From a virus (taxonomy: Duplodnaviria; Caudoviricetes), in the IMG/VR virus record IMGVR_UViG_3300037486_000387, positions 1 through 52,376 of that record: a DNA stretch of 52,376 bases; one strand, given 5' to 3'. Each line of letters starts with the position of its first letter. Positions within the stretch are counted from its first letter, which is position 1. Shown in pieces: positions 17,436-26,459 of the stretch. A program made the translations under genes and the position numbers. The notes below the pieces were generated by a model, which was not told the origin of the DNA, did no database searches, and saw nothing but the letters and a program-made list of their open reading frames with translations.

Positions 17436-17849
17436 ATGAAATACGGACTTCGAAAAGGATTAGAAGATGTGGCATTTGAATTGAAAGGAATCAGGAATAT
17501 TTTGGCATCCATGTGGCATAGCCGTTACCAAAACGGAGAAACTGATCTGTTAAATCCGGAGGCGTTTGCAGACGAATACATTCCAACCGAAGAATGTGCT
17601 AGACGCCTTGGAGTGTCTGATCAAACCATTCGCAACTGGATGGCAACTGGTCGCCAAAATACAGGTAAAGGGTGGACCGAAGGTGTCCATTACATCAATG
17701 TTTGTCCTGATATTGGTAAACGCGCTGTAATTCGTATACCCTGGAATCATCTGGTCCGATCGTTTTCCAAAGATAAACCTATGGTTGATTCTGATTTTCA
17801 TAAAATAAAGACGTTGTATCAAACCACTACCGAAGGGAAATTAGAATAA
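17436..17849 (+). CDS. helix-turn-helix DNA-binding protein (excisionase/MerR-like)
   Basis: IPTEECARRLGVSDQTIRNW. Confidence 0.75.
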   Translation: MKYGLRKGLEDVAFELKGIRNILASMWHSRYQNGETDLLNPEAFADEYIPTEECARRLGVSDQTIRNWMATGRQNTGKGWTEGVHYINVCPDIGKRAVIRIPWNHLVRSFSKDKPMVDSDFHKIKTLYQTTTEGKLE

Positions 17850-18307
17850 TGGCTCATCGTTTCCATGGAATTTGTATTGATTCCGTCACAGTTAACAACT
17901 ATGAAGAGCTCTTGCCTGAGTCTTTAGTGTTTCAAATTATAGATTTTCTTCCTCCCAACGGCTCCTTTGATAATGAGTGTTTGCAACGTTATTTACAAAA
18001 CCTAAAAAACTATGAAGAAGAAGACGCTAACTCCAATATGACGTTGGCAAATCGGCTGCGAATAGCATTCAAAGATATGGAACCAGCCACCATCTGCGGT
18101 AAATTTCCCTTGGCTGAATTGCCTTTGAAGAGGAGGCTGCGATGTGTAGCAGAGTACTTAATTCGTTCAGGCGAATTTGACAAGGTACGAGATGAGAAAG
18201 GTAAGCTGGTTAAAAAACGTGGTAACTTAGGCAAGCTTGTCGTACTATATAAACCTCTTCCCAAGCTCCTTGACTCTTTAGCACGCCAAAAACTTTTAAG
18301 TAAATGA
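17849..18307 (+). CDS. hypothetical protein
   Basis: 152-aa ORF, translationally coupled. Confidence 0.7.
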   Translation: MAHRFHGICIDSVTVNNYEELLPESLVFQIIDFLPPNGSFDNECLQRYLQNLKNYEEEDANSNMTLANRLRIAFKDMEPATICGKFPLAELPLKRRLRCVAEYLIRSGEFDKVRDEKGKLVKKRGNLGKLVVLYKPLPKLLDSLARQKLLSK

Positions 18308-18690
18308 AAAAACGTGAACAGTTAATTGCTTCGGTCATCGGGCCAGACTTGGATCCAACTAAAGCCAGGATGCTTGATGCCACCATAAAACTGATTCTAG
18401 GTGACATGGGGCAACAATATTCCAAGATGTGGGAACATGAAGGCCCTGGCGTAATGGTGTTTCAGCCTGAAAGTAAAGAACGTTCTATGTTTTTTTTGAC
18501 GTTAAAAGAACTTCACTCAGCACAGGAAGAGTGTGAGCGTAGCAATGATGATGACTTAGCTGAAAGTTTTCGTCGCATCCTTCAAGCCGCACAGAAAATT
18601 GATCCAATTGAAAAAGCTGGTTACCTCATTAATGATCAAGATGGAATGAGGTATTTTGAAATTGATTACAACCAGGCCGCTGAAAAGTAA
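18304..18690 (+). CDS. hypothetical protein
   Basis: 128-aa ORF, translationally coupled. Confidence 0.7.
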   Translation: MKKREQLIASVIGPDLDPTKARMLDATIKLILGDMGQQYSKMWEHEGPGVMVFQPESKERSMFFLTLKELHSAQEECERSNDDDLAESFRRILQAAQKIDPIEKAGYLINDQDGMRYFEIDYNQAAEK

Positions 18691-19277
18691 TGCCCATTCA
18701 TGACATCCGTAGCCGCAAAGAAGATCTTGAGTTAATCACTAACTATGACTTGATAGCTTCTGCACATGCTTTGCTTAACGGCATTGAACTTGATGTTGCT
18801 AGTTCCAAGGTTGCTAATACGTATGTAGAAGCTGAGAAATTTTTTACTCCGTTGGATGACGGTTTAAATGCTCAGCAGTGGTACGGACGTGTCTATTTGT
18901 TTCCACCAGGGGGAGCATATTTCCACGATAAAAAAAACGATAGATGGAAGATGACTAGGGCTTCGTCTCCAACCTTGGTTTCTTCTCATGCTGTTTGGTT
19001 CAGAAAACTTTATCGTTCGTGGTTTAACCGTGAAGTTGAACAGGGCCTGTACTTTACAAACTGCCCAGACATGATTCGATATGAACAGAAGATCTTTGAC
19101 TTTCCTATTTGTATCTTGAAAACCGCACCAACACTGGTCAAGAATACCAGTAAAGGTATTGGCAGACACAAAACCTGTACTTCGTTCTTGGTCTACCTGC
19201 CACCTATGGAGGATTCAGGAAATGCCGTACAAAAATTCATCAACATTTATGGCGGAAAGGGCCGGATTCTTTGCTAG
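18690..19277 (+). CDS. phage Dam-like N6-adenine methyltransferase homolog with altered catalytic motif
   Basis: IELDVASSKVAN…DDGLNAQQWYGRVYLFPPG; FPPG where NPPY/F is expected. Confidence 0.65.
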   Translation: MPIHDIRSRKEDLELITNYDLIASAHALLNGIELDVASSKVANTYVEAEKFFTPLDDGLNAQQWYGRVYLFPPGGAYFHDKKNDRWKMTRASSPTLVSSHAVWFRKLYRSWFNREVEQGLYFTNCPDMIRYEQKIFDFPICILKTAPTLVKNTSKGIGRHKTCTSFLVYLPPMEDSGNAVQKFINIYGGKGRILC

Positions 19278-19310
19278 GTTTTGTAGACTAAAAGACGTTT
19301 CAGCATTTCA

Positions 19311-19898
19311 ATGAGCATCCTGGCAGATTGGGAAATTAAATACCTGGTTGAAAATAAGGAGATGATCACTCCGTTTATAGATCATCTTGTTAGCCAACGA
19401 GGTGAGCAACCGATCTTGAGTTATGGACTAAGTTCCTATGGTTATGATATTCGCTTGTCAACTCAACAATGCCTTGTTTTTGGTCGTATCCAGGCTGGTG
19501 AGTGTGATCCAAAAAACTTTAACCCTGAGATCCTGTGTGAATCAGAGTTACTAGAAGATGAAAATGGTTTGTATTTCCTACTGCCTCCTTATGGTTATTG
19601 TTTAGGCGTTGCACAGGAACGTTTAAAACTTCCTGGTGATGTGACTGTGGTTGCGGTTGGCAAATCTACTTATGCCCGATCGGGAATCCTGGTTAATATC
19701 ACTCCAGCAGAATCTGGATGGGAAGGTTATCTGACTTTAGAAATCAGTAACTGCACGGGTTTGTTTAATCGGATCTATGCTGATGAGGGAATTACCCAAC
19801 TTCTGTTCTATCGCGGCAATCCCTGCGAGGTCACTTACCAGGATCGAAAAGGCAAGTATCAAAATCAAAAGAAAGAAATTGTTTTCTCTCAAGTTTAA
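19311..19898 (+). CDS. dcd: dCTP deaminase
   Basis: SYGLSSYGYDIRL, GKSTYARSG, TPAESGWEGYLTLE and EGITQLLF motifs. Confidence 0.93.
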   Translation: MSILADWEIKYLVENKEMITPFIDHLVSQRGEQPILSYGLSSYGYDIRLSTQQCLVFGRIQAGECDPKNFNPEILCESELLEDENGLYFLLPPYGYCLGVAQERLKLPGDVTVVAVGKSTYARSGILVNITPAESGWEGYLTLEISNCTGLFNRIYADEGITQLLFYRGNPCEVTYQDRKGKYQNQKKEIVFSQV

Positions 19899-19919
19899 TT
19901 AACACCGAAAAAATATCTA

Positions 19920-20117
19920 ATGAGTGTAGAAAAAAAGCTTGACATCTTAGAAGTACTGACTCGTTCAGTCATCTTCCAAGAGAACGATGAGATAGCCAAG
20001 CAATTGTCTCGATACCGCAGCGATGATGTGCAATGGATACTCAATATGCTTGCTGATATGTTTGAGCAGCTTCAAGATTCCTTGGAACTTGAAGCTTACA
20101 ACAATCGCTATCTTTAA
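19920..20117 (+). CDS. hypothetical protein
   Basis: 65-aa helical ORF. Confidence 0.55.
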   Translation: MSVEKKLDILEVLTRSVIFQENDEIAKQLSRYRSDDVQWILNMLADMFEQLQDSLELEAYNNRYL

Positions 20118-20551
20118 AAGAATCCTTTAAAGCTGCCAGAAAAACGCTGTGGGCCATCAGCATAATTAGTGCTGCCTGCTTGACCAATCCTGTCACCCAT
20201 GCTTGGTAATGCGGTCCCAGCGATGTTAGCCTCTGTTCTAGGGGTCTTACCACGAATGGTCGGTTCATCAATGGCAGCTTTTTGACGGAACTTACCAGCA
20301 CTCCTAGCGGCTGCAAAATATTTTGCGACTTGATCTTGTTTATCGTTTAATGATTCAACGGCTGGTCGCTCTTCTGCTCTTACACGGCGAAGATCTGTGT
20401 CATATGCCTGTTCAGGACGTAAGTCTGATGATTCAGTACCAGAGGTACCAGAGTCATTCCTTGGATCGTATTGAAGACGCCCTCTTCTACCAATCCGCGT
20501 ATCAAACGGTTCGTCTTCTTTGCCTTGACGAGGGTCGTAAAATCTTGCCAT
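20114..20551 (-). CDS. hypothetical protein (MARFYDPRQG…)
   Basis: ATG at 20551 avoids overlap with the divergent gene. Confidence 0.6.
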   Translation of the reverse strand: MARFYDPRQGKEDEPFDTRIGRRGRLQYDPRNDSGTSGTESSDLRPEQAYDTDLRRVRAEERPAVESLNDKQDQVAKYFAAARSAGKFRQKAAIDEPTIRGKTPRTEANIAGTALPSMGDRIGQAGSTNYADGPQRFSGSFKGFF

Positions 20552-20591
20552 GATAATATTGTAATTGAGAAAATTTAAGTCGTATATAGCC

Positions 20592-20963
20592 ATGCACGGC
20601 GCCGCTGGATTCTTAGACGATTTTGTTAAAGACGAAATCGATTGCCGCTGTCTTAGTGAAGAAAATTTTGGTGGTCCCCTCGATAACGAGGAAAATGATG
20701 TACCATTGTATGACATGTACAACAGGGGCCTAACGGTATGCGAGCAGGGACTGGAACGCAATCCTCTTCACCTAGAAGGAAACCCTTCGCTGCAGGGGCA
20801 GAGGCCGGGCATGACCGGGTATATTCCGTCGATGGAGGAAGCTCTCGAACAGTATCCAGCTTCTTCCCCGAAGCCCAAGACGCTGATGGTGGCACTACCT
20901 TCGGCGGACAAGCTGGAACAGGAACAGATGTTGTCCAGGCAGCGCCGTGGTTTGAGCCGGTAG
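20592..20963 (+). CDS. hypothetical protein (MHGAAGFLDD…)
   Basis: ATG at 20592, in frame with the track ORF. Confidence 0.6.
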   Translation: MHGAAGFLDDFVKDEIDCRCLSEENFGGPLDNEENDVPLYDMYNRGLTVCEQGLERNPLHLEGNPSLQGQRPGMTGYIPSMEEALEQYPASSPKPKTLMVALPSADKLEQEQMLSRQRRGLSR

Positions 20964-21304
20964 GAGAGTATGGTTGTAAAGATGGAGTTTGCTCAGTTCC
21001 ATGGATGGCTGGTACTTTTTTAACTGAAGACCGTAATTCAAATTTTCCTGGGGAGAACACTATTCCCCAACGTCCCGAGTCGACCGTGGATGTAGTTAAC
21101 AATCCTTCTCATTATACTGATGGCGAGATCGAATGCATCGATGCCATCGAAGCGCAGCTAACCGCTGAAGAATATCGCGGATACCTGAAGGGCAATATTG
21201 CCAAGTATGTTTGGCGTGAGCGCCATAAAGGCGGGACAGAATCACTGAAGAAATCACGTTGGTATCTGAATCGGTTGGTGATATTTGACGAAGACCGATT
21301 TTAA
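20738..21304 (+). CDS. DUF3310 (SaV-like) domain protein; start uncertain
   Basis: DVVNNPSHYTDGEIECIDAI…GNIAKYVWRERHKGGTESLKKSRWYL. Confidence 0.8.
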   Translation: MRAGTGTQSSSPRRKPFAAGAEAGHDRVYSVDGGSSRTVSSFFPEAQDADGGTTFGGQAGTGTDVVQAAPWFEPVGEYGCKDGVCSVPWMAGTFLTEDRNSNFPGENTIPQRPESTVDVVNNPSHYTDGEIECIDAIEAQLTAEEYRGYLKGNIAKYVWRERHKGGTESLKKSRWYLNRLVIFDEDRF

Positions 21305-21615
21305 AAAGGAACAGCTTCTCTATCTTCATCTTCGTCATCGTCATCCTCGTCGTCGTATGCAAATGCGGCGGCGAGTTCTACTAGCTCTAGATCAGTAGGG
21401 GCATCGAATTCAATCTTAATGTTTTCGCTTTCCAAGATGTCCTTGACTGACTGCCATTCCATTAGTCGTTGGTGATAAAGGCTTAAAAGCGTATAGTGAA
21501 GCTGCTCCCAGGTCATTTCATCAGCCTGAAGTTCTGCTTTGCGCATGGCAAATTGAAGTTCTAAAGGCAGTGAAAACTCCTTGGGTCCAGATGTGCGTTC
21601 CATCTTTGTTTTCAT
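21301..21615 (-). CDS. nblA: NblA-like phycobilisome degradation protein
   Basis: SLPLELQFAMRKAELQADEMTWEQLHYTLLSLYHQRL matches the NblA L-x-L-E-x-x-F…M-(S/T)-x-E-Q helix-loop-helix pattern; acidic C-terminal tail. Confidence 0.75.
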   Translation of the reverse strand: MKTKMERTSGPKEFSLPLELQFAMRKAELQADEMTWEQLHYTLLSLYHQRLMEWQSVKDILESENIKIEFDAPTDLELVELAAAFAYDDEDDDDEDEDREAVPF

Positions 21616-21633
21616 AGCTTCGATGAGAGCATT

Positions 21634-22323
21634 CTAAGACCAGCTGTTAAATAACGAATCTAGCTCATCGGAGGGGTAGTCGACCCAGTTGGTGGCATCA
21701 GTTCGAAAATCGTTAGCAAATTCTGATAGTACATATGGACTAATGCGTTGCTCTAGCTGCCGGATTGCTTGTACCTGGCCAATGGATGCCGTGTAGTTTC
21801 GGAAAGCGGCAAGCAGAATATCTGTAAAAGACCGAGAAGGCACCCCTGCTTTTTGAAGAAATAAGTTAACTTCTTCTCGCCTGCGATCCAGGAGGCCGCC
21901 AATAGCACGGTGCTCTTCATCAAAAATCCAACGGCTAATCTCTTCAGTTACTGTGCACAATTCTTCGTGTTCAATACCATCGATTACACGGCTGTAGAGA
22001 AACGCTTCCCATCCTACCGAATGAATAAACGAGATCAACGCCTGGCGCATGCAATCATCTAGATGAAGGTTTAGCTTAGAAAGCTGCGTATCAATAACAT
22101 TGATTTCATGAAATAAATACTCCAGCGCTTTCTCTTTACTGCAACACTGCCCTCTCTTTACTGGCGCACCGTCTGGATAAAATTGCGTACCATATCCAAG
22201 TGTGTAAGGTTCGCCACCAGTAACAGGATTGGCATAAGATTTTTCATTAAACCCTTCGTATTTACGAATGAGATTAATGGCATGTGAAAAATCTGCCATG
22301 GGAGCAACTGCTGTTACTCCCAA
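21634..22323 (-). CDS. GH24 phage lysozyme (endolysin-like)
   Basis: LIRKYEGF…YANPVTGGEPYTLGYG…ALISFIHSVG…GLLDRRREE. Confidence 0.82.
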   Translation of the reverse strand: MGVTAVAPMADFSHAINLIRKYEGFNEKSYANPVTGGEPYTLGYGTQFYPDGAPVKRGQCCSKEKALEYLFHEINVIDTQLSKLNLHLDDCMRQALISFIHSVGWEAFLYSRVIDGIEHEELCTVTEEISRWIFDEEHRAIGGLLDRRREEVNLFLQKAGVPSRSFTDILLAAFRNYTASIGQVQAIRQLEQRISPYVLSEFANDFRTDATNWVDYPSDELDSLFNSWS

Positions 22324-22334
22324 TCATACACAGT

Positions 22335-22454
22335 TTATGTACCTTGTCCGCGCCTTTTCTTGCGTCCGTGATTAGGAACTGAATGTTTCCCTTGGCCTTG
22401 ACGTGTTTTTTTGGGTTTAGATCCCAAATTAAGCAGTGAAGTTGGTTTTGCCAT
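22335..22454 (-). CDS. small basic protein (39 aa, not in the ORF track)
   Basis: MAKPTSLLNLGSKPKKTRQGQGKHSVPNHGRKKRRGQGT*. Confidence 0.6.
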   Translation of the reverse strand: MAKPTSLLNLGSKPKKTRQGQGKHSVPNHGRKKRRGQGT

Positions 22455-22491
22455 GCGTTTTGAATGAACTCCGCAGATACCTTACCACAAA

Positions 22492-22779
22492 TTACCAGAG
22501 CTTGGAACAAGCCCAGTACTTAGGCGTGTTTTTGTCCATTGGTTTATCACATCCCATGCGTGCTCTAAAGTTCGTACGTCGATCTTTGTCCTGATGTTGC
22601 GTATAGTCTTCGTAACCACGACGACCATATCTAAGAATTTTTTCTTCGCCATCGTGGCAGCTTTTAACAACCCACTTATGAGTGTCACCAGCAGGAGCCC
22701 GCTGCGGCTTGTTGCACGCCATCTTGTCCTTCTGGTATCGCTGAGATGCACGCACAGCTTTTTTTGCTTTGTCCGACAT
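22492..22779 (-). CDS. small basic viral protein (DUF5754-like)
   Basis: RYGRRGYEDYTQHQDKDRRTNFRAR…TPKYWACSKLW. Confidence 0.65.
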   Translation of the reverse strand: MSDKAKKAVRASQRYQKDKMACNKPQRAPAGDTHKWVVKSCHDGEEKILRYGRRGYEDYTQHQDKDRRTNFRARMGCDKPMDKNTPKYWACSKLW

Positions 22780-25436
22780 TAGAGCCCCTTAAACAATGAG
22801 GTAAATTCACCTAAGATTTTTTGTCCGGTTGGAGATTTGTAATCTGTATCCTCCTCATCTGATCCTAAGCTGAAAAAATCTGACGTATCTGTACCAGTTG
22901 TTTTTTTAGTAGTTGTTGTTTTTGTATCTTCATCTTCAAGGAAACCTTCAATTGTACCAAGGGAGGCAAATGGATCATTGAAGTCCAGCCCTATTGTTTT
23001 AAGTCCTTTGTTAGAACCAGCTTGAGTAAGTAGTGTTTGCTCAGATCTGTCTACATCAGGGAAGAAGTTTTTGTAAAAATCTTCTTCTGTACCCTGGAAA
23101 CCAGCAGATTGAAATGTTTTATACAGTTCTGTTTCTGCGGTGGGCTGTGTGTTTTTAAAATCTTCGGGACGTTCAATGTAAGTGAGTCCCAAAATTTGTT
23201 GTGTTGGTTTTTCTTTTTTTTCGTTCAGGTATTTAATCTGCGCTCTGATATCTTGCGCCGATCCTGTACGTAAAGTTTCAGCTACGTATTCTTTTAATTC
23301 TCCTACAGTTCCATTAAAATCAGTCAGGCCATATTGTTCAAGTACTTTATTCCAGCTCTCTTTATCGTTTGGATCTAGACCAGCCAAGAGCTCATCAGCA
23401 AATTCTTCAGGTGTTACAAATAAGCCAAAAACTGAACCTTGTTTCAAAACTTCTTCGTTTAGTGCCGGAAGGATATTAGTGTAAATTTCATCTTGTACTT
23501 TACCAGCGTTAAGAATATCTTCGGCTGCATCGTAACCTTTCCCCTGGCCCTTAATTTCAAAATGCATACGTGCAAATGCCGCTTTGTCATTGATGTCTAC
23601 ACCAAAGCGATAAGCTTGTTGTTGCCAATACGCATCTCCTTGCTTAGCTGATTCCCAATCTGCAGCAACAGTCGACGCCTGACTAGCGTAATCTGTTTCT
23701 CTTGCTTTGTCTCCTGTCGGATTGAAATAAAAATTAGGATCAAAACTACGAGGAGCTGTGGCTTTTATTTGGTCTAAATACTGTTGTGAGCGTAGATCAG
23801 CAGTAAGTTTTGTAGCGTTAAGTAAGTCTTGTGTTTGGAATGGGTTCTGTTCTTTTTGACTTACATCAAGATAACTAACAAACTCATCCATTGACCTAGC
23901 AGTATTAAAGCGAGGCGTTAAATACTTATCAATAAAATCACGTGCAAATGCACCGTCAATTTTTACTTGTTCATTCGCTTGGTCTTGTGTATAACCAAGT
24001 TCTACATCTTTGCTGTATTTGTCTTTTAATGCGGTATCAAACCATTGCTGCCAGTTATATATTGTGTTGTTCTGAATACCTGTAATCTTTTGAAGACTCT
24101 TATTTAAAGATTCTTCTGCTTTACCAGAACCTGTAAAAGACAGGACTCCACCAACACCACTGTCACCTAGTATTGAATCCGTAAGTGTTTTATTGATATC
24201 CATTATTTCACTAAAGCCGCTAAAACCGCGCAATAGTTCCAGGGATTGCTCTTGTACCTTGGCTTTTTTCATTTCTGCTATTGACTCTTTCAATACATTC
24301 TGAGCAAGTGCACCAAATTTTTTAACGTCTACTATTGTTTTCTCACCGACAGCTTGATTCAAAGCGTCCTCAAGCTGGGTAACACCATACCCAGCATTGA
24401 TGTTGTAGTTGAGACTTACTTGCTTGTCCTCTGGACGATCGGATAATCGAAACAATGCAGCAAATTCATCTGGCTTAGAAACATCTAAAGACTTTTGTTG
24501 AGCTAAAGTTGTCCAGTATTGATCGCCATCTTTAGCTGCTTGCCACTGTTGTGCAATTTCTGGAATCCTAAGCAAACGGTCAGCTTGTGTTTGCGTATCT
24601 ACGCCTAGCTGTAGATCTCTTACAGCTTGTAAATCGGCATCTGTTGGTGTTGCCTCTAAATACCTGGTTGCAGCTTGTGTTGCCTCTGCTGCATTACCAC
24701 GTGCTCCTGCTGGTTTTCCTCGTGTTGTGTAATCTTGTAAATAAAAGTTAGCCTCACCATAACGTTCCGTAATATCAATATCATCCTTGTTTACTGCATT
24801 GGTCCAGTCTTCTGCTGCTCTTGAGTTATTACTTTTGTAATACTTGTAATCAAAAGTGCCGTACGGAGGTTGGGCTCCTAGCCCCGAATTCCAAGTTTGT
24901 AATTTTTCTGTTCTGTAAAAATTCTTATAGTTATCTTTCAGTGAGGAAGTAAACGCCGCTGCCTCATTTTCTGAAGCACCAGTGTTTTTCAGGGTGTCAG
25001 TAATACTGTTAAAACCATCCCGTTGGGTGACGTAATCACCACCATTTGTTCTACTTGCAGTAGCAAGAACAGTATCATAGGCTGAATTCTTAACTGTGTT
25101 TTGGTTGTTTAAAAGTTCATTCTTTTTGTTTTCTTCAGCATTAATTTTCCAGGTATCTTGATTGGCCTTGTAGATATCTTGAAGTTGTTGGCTGTACTTA
25201 AGATCATTAAGCTTGACATTGCTATCAATCAAAATGGATTCAACTTTTATTTTGCTACTGTTAGGTCCAGGTTGTGGAGGTTCCGTAGTGTAAGTTACCA
25301 TTCCCGAGTTAAGAACGGTAGGGTCAGTTATTGTGACTTTATATACAGTTGTACTTGTCGGTCTCTTTGTATCGTAATCTATTTTTTCTTTTGCTACATC
25401 CCATTTTTTTGCTGTCGGATTGTAAATAATTCCCAT
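22779..25436 (-). CDS. large putative virion protein
   Basis: About 885-aa ORF in the morphogenesis region; ATG at 25436. Confidence 0.75.
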   Translation of the reverse strand: MGIIYNPTAKKWDVAKEKIDYDTKRPTSTTVYKVTITDPTVLNSGMVTYTTEPPQPGPNSSKIKVESILIDSNVKLNDLKYSQQLQDIYKANQDTWKINAEENKKNELLNNQNTVKNSAYDTVLATASRTNGGDYVTQRDGFNSITDTLKNTGASENEAAAFTSSLKDNYKNFYRTEKLQTWNSGLGAQPPYGTFDYKYYKSNNSRAAEDWTNAVNKDDIDITERYGEANFYLQDYTTRGKPAGARGNAAEATQAATRYLEATPTDADLQAVRDLQLGVDTQTQADRLLRIPEIAQQWQAAKDGDQYWTTLAQQKSLDVSKPDEFAALFRLSDRPEDKQVSLNYNINAGYGVTQLEDALNQAVGEKTIVDVKKFGALAQNVLKESIAEMKKAKVQEQSLELLRGFSGFSEIMDINKTLTDSILGDSGVGGVLSFTGSGKAEESLNKSLQKITGIQNNTIYNWQQWFDTALKDKYSKDVELGYTQDQANEQVKIDGAFARDFIDKYLTPRFNTARSMDEFVSYLDVSQKEQNPFQTQDLLNATKLTADLRSQQYLDQIKATAPRSFDPNFYFNPTGDKARETDYASQASTVAADWESAKQGDAYWQQQAYRFGVDINDKAAFARMHFEIKGQGKGYDAAEDILNAGKVQDEIYTNILPALNEEVLKQGSVFGLFVTPEEFADELLAGLDPNDKESWNKVLEQYGLTDFNGTVGELKEYVAETLRTGSAQDIRAQIKYLNEKKEKPTQQILGLTYIERPEDFKNTQPTAETELYKTFQSAGFQGTEEDFYKNFFPDVDRSEQTLLTQAGSNKGLKTIGLDFNDPFASLGTIEGFLEDEDTKTTTTKKTTGTDTSDFFSLGSDEEDTDYKSPTGQKILGEFTSLFKGL

Positions 25437-25437
25437 T

Positions 25438-25806
25438 TTAAATTGCCAGTTGTAACGTATTCGGCTGGTACACAAAGAGGTCTATGGGCTCTTGAGATGT
25501 CCAGGTTTTAATCCTATCCATCTTAGCCTGCTTAAAAAATTCTTGTTTTTTGTACCAGGTTTCCATCGGCTCACTTGCCTTGGATGTATTGCAACGCTGG
25601 CAAGCAGGAAGCAAGTTATTACGATTACTGGAACCAGATTTAAACCTTGGGATGATGTGGTCAAGGCTCGTAGCTCTATCTCCGCAATAGCCACATGTAC
25701 AGTCCCAAGCATCGTAGATGGACTGTCTGAATCGTTTCTTTGCAAGTTTAGGAGTAAGTTCAAGGAGCAATGCGAGGGGTTCGTGTTCGCAGTTGAACAT
25801 GCTCAA
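25438..25806 (-). CDS. HNH endonuclease
   Basis: CGYCG…SLDHIIP…GSSNRNNLLPACQRCN. Confidence 0.88.
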   Translation of the reverse strand: MSMFNCEHEPLALLLELTPKLAKKRFRQSIYDAWDCTCGYCGDRATSLDHIIPRFKSGSSNRNNLLPACQRCNTSKASEPMETWYKKQEFFKQAKMDRIKTWTSQEPIDLFVYQPNTLQLAI

Positions 25807-25904
25807 TTTGCAGTTACTTTATTTTAATTTGGACTTACACCTTTACGACTGAAATGCCAATGTGAAGAAAAGTAAAGATCCCTGACAGCCGGCGCAAAAG
25901 CGCT

Positions 25905-26147
25905 ATGGTAGATGTGTATACGACTTTTGTTCAAATCATGGCCAAGCAACACGAGTGGGTTTCCATCCAGCAAGCTGAAGAACTTCTGGGCATTGATCGC
26001 AAGACCCTTTTCAAATACCGCGATGATGGCACCCTGAAACTCGGCCCCCATTTCGCTGCTTTCCCTGGCACCTACTCACGTGATAGCTACCGCTGGAACG
26101 TTGAAAAAGTTCGGAAGCATCTGAACAAAATGGCAGTTGCTGTCTGA
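25905..26147 (+). CDS. small helix-turn-helix DNA-binding protein
   Basis: VSIQQAEELLGIDRKTLFKYRDDG; true start may be the second ATG (MAKQ). Confidence 0.7.
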   Translation: MVDVYTTFVQIMAKQHEWVSIQQAEELLGIDRKTLFKYRDDGTLKLGPHFAAFPGTYSRDSYRWNVEKVRKHLNKMAVAV

Positions 26148-26163
26148 TTCTTGAATAAAACTT

Positions 26164-26194
26164 AAAACAGTCCTGGCTATGGGACTGTTTTTTT
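26164..26194. terminator. bidirectional Rho-independent terminator
   Basis: AAAACAGTCC…GGACTGTTTTTTT between convergent genes. Confidence 0.8.
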
Positions 26195-26459
26195 ATGCAG
26201 GACCAATGCCGCTTGCATAAGCCGCCCATGCATTACCCAACGCATTCATCGTTGAAGTTTCTCCAGTGGCATAAGGTAGGTTTACTACATCACCAGGGGA
26301 ATACACGGTGGGACTACCACTGTAAAACACTTCGCTAAAACCAAATTTACTGGCGTTTAATTGTTCTTCAGAAAGGATGTAACGCGTTTCAATAATCTCA
26401 CCAAAATCAGCCATGTTAAGTAGCGGGTCGTTGCCCGGCTGCTGGGTTGTAGAAGGCAC
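26193..26459 (-). CDS. hypothetical protein
   Basis: Last ORF of the minus-strand run; start probably MADFGE. Confidence 0.6.
   Translation of the reverse strand: MPSTTQQPGNDPLLNMADFGEIIETRYILSEEQLNASKFGFSEVFYSGSPTVYSPGDVVNLPYATGETSTMNALGNAWAAYASGIGPA

Noticed and set aside
17436-17849. Prophage or integration module implied by excisionase-like HTH genes
   Set aside because: No integrase, att site or host genes are visible in the window.
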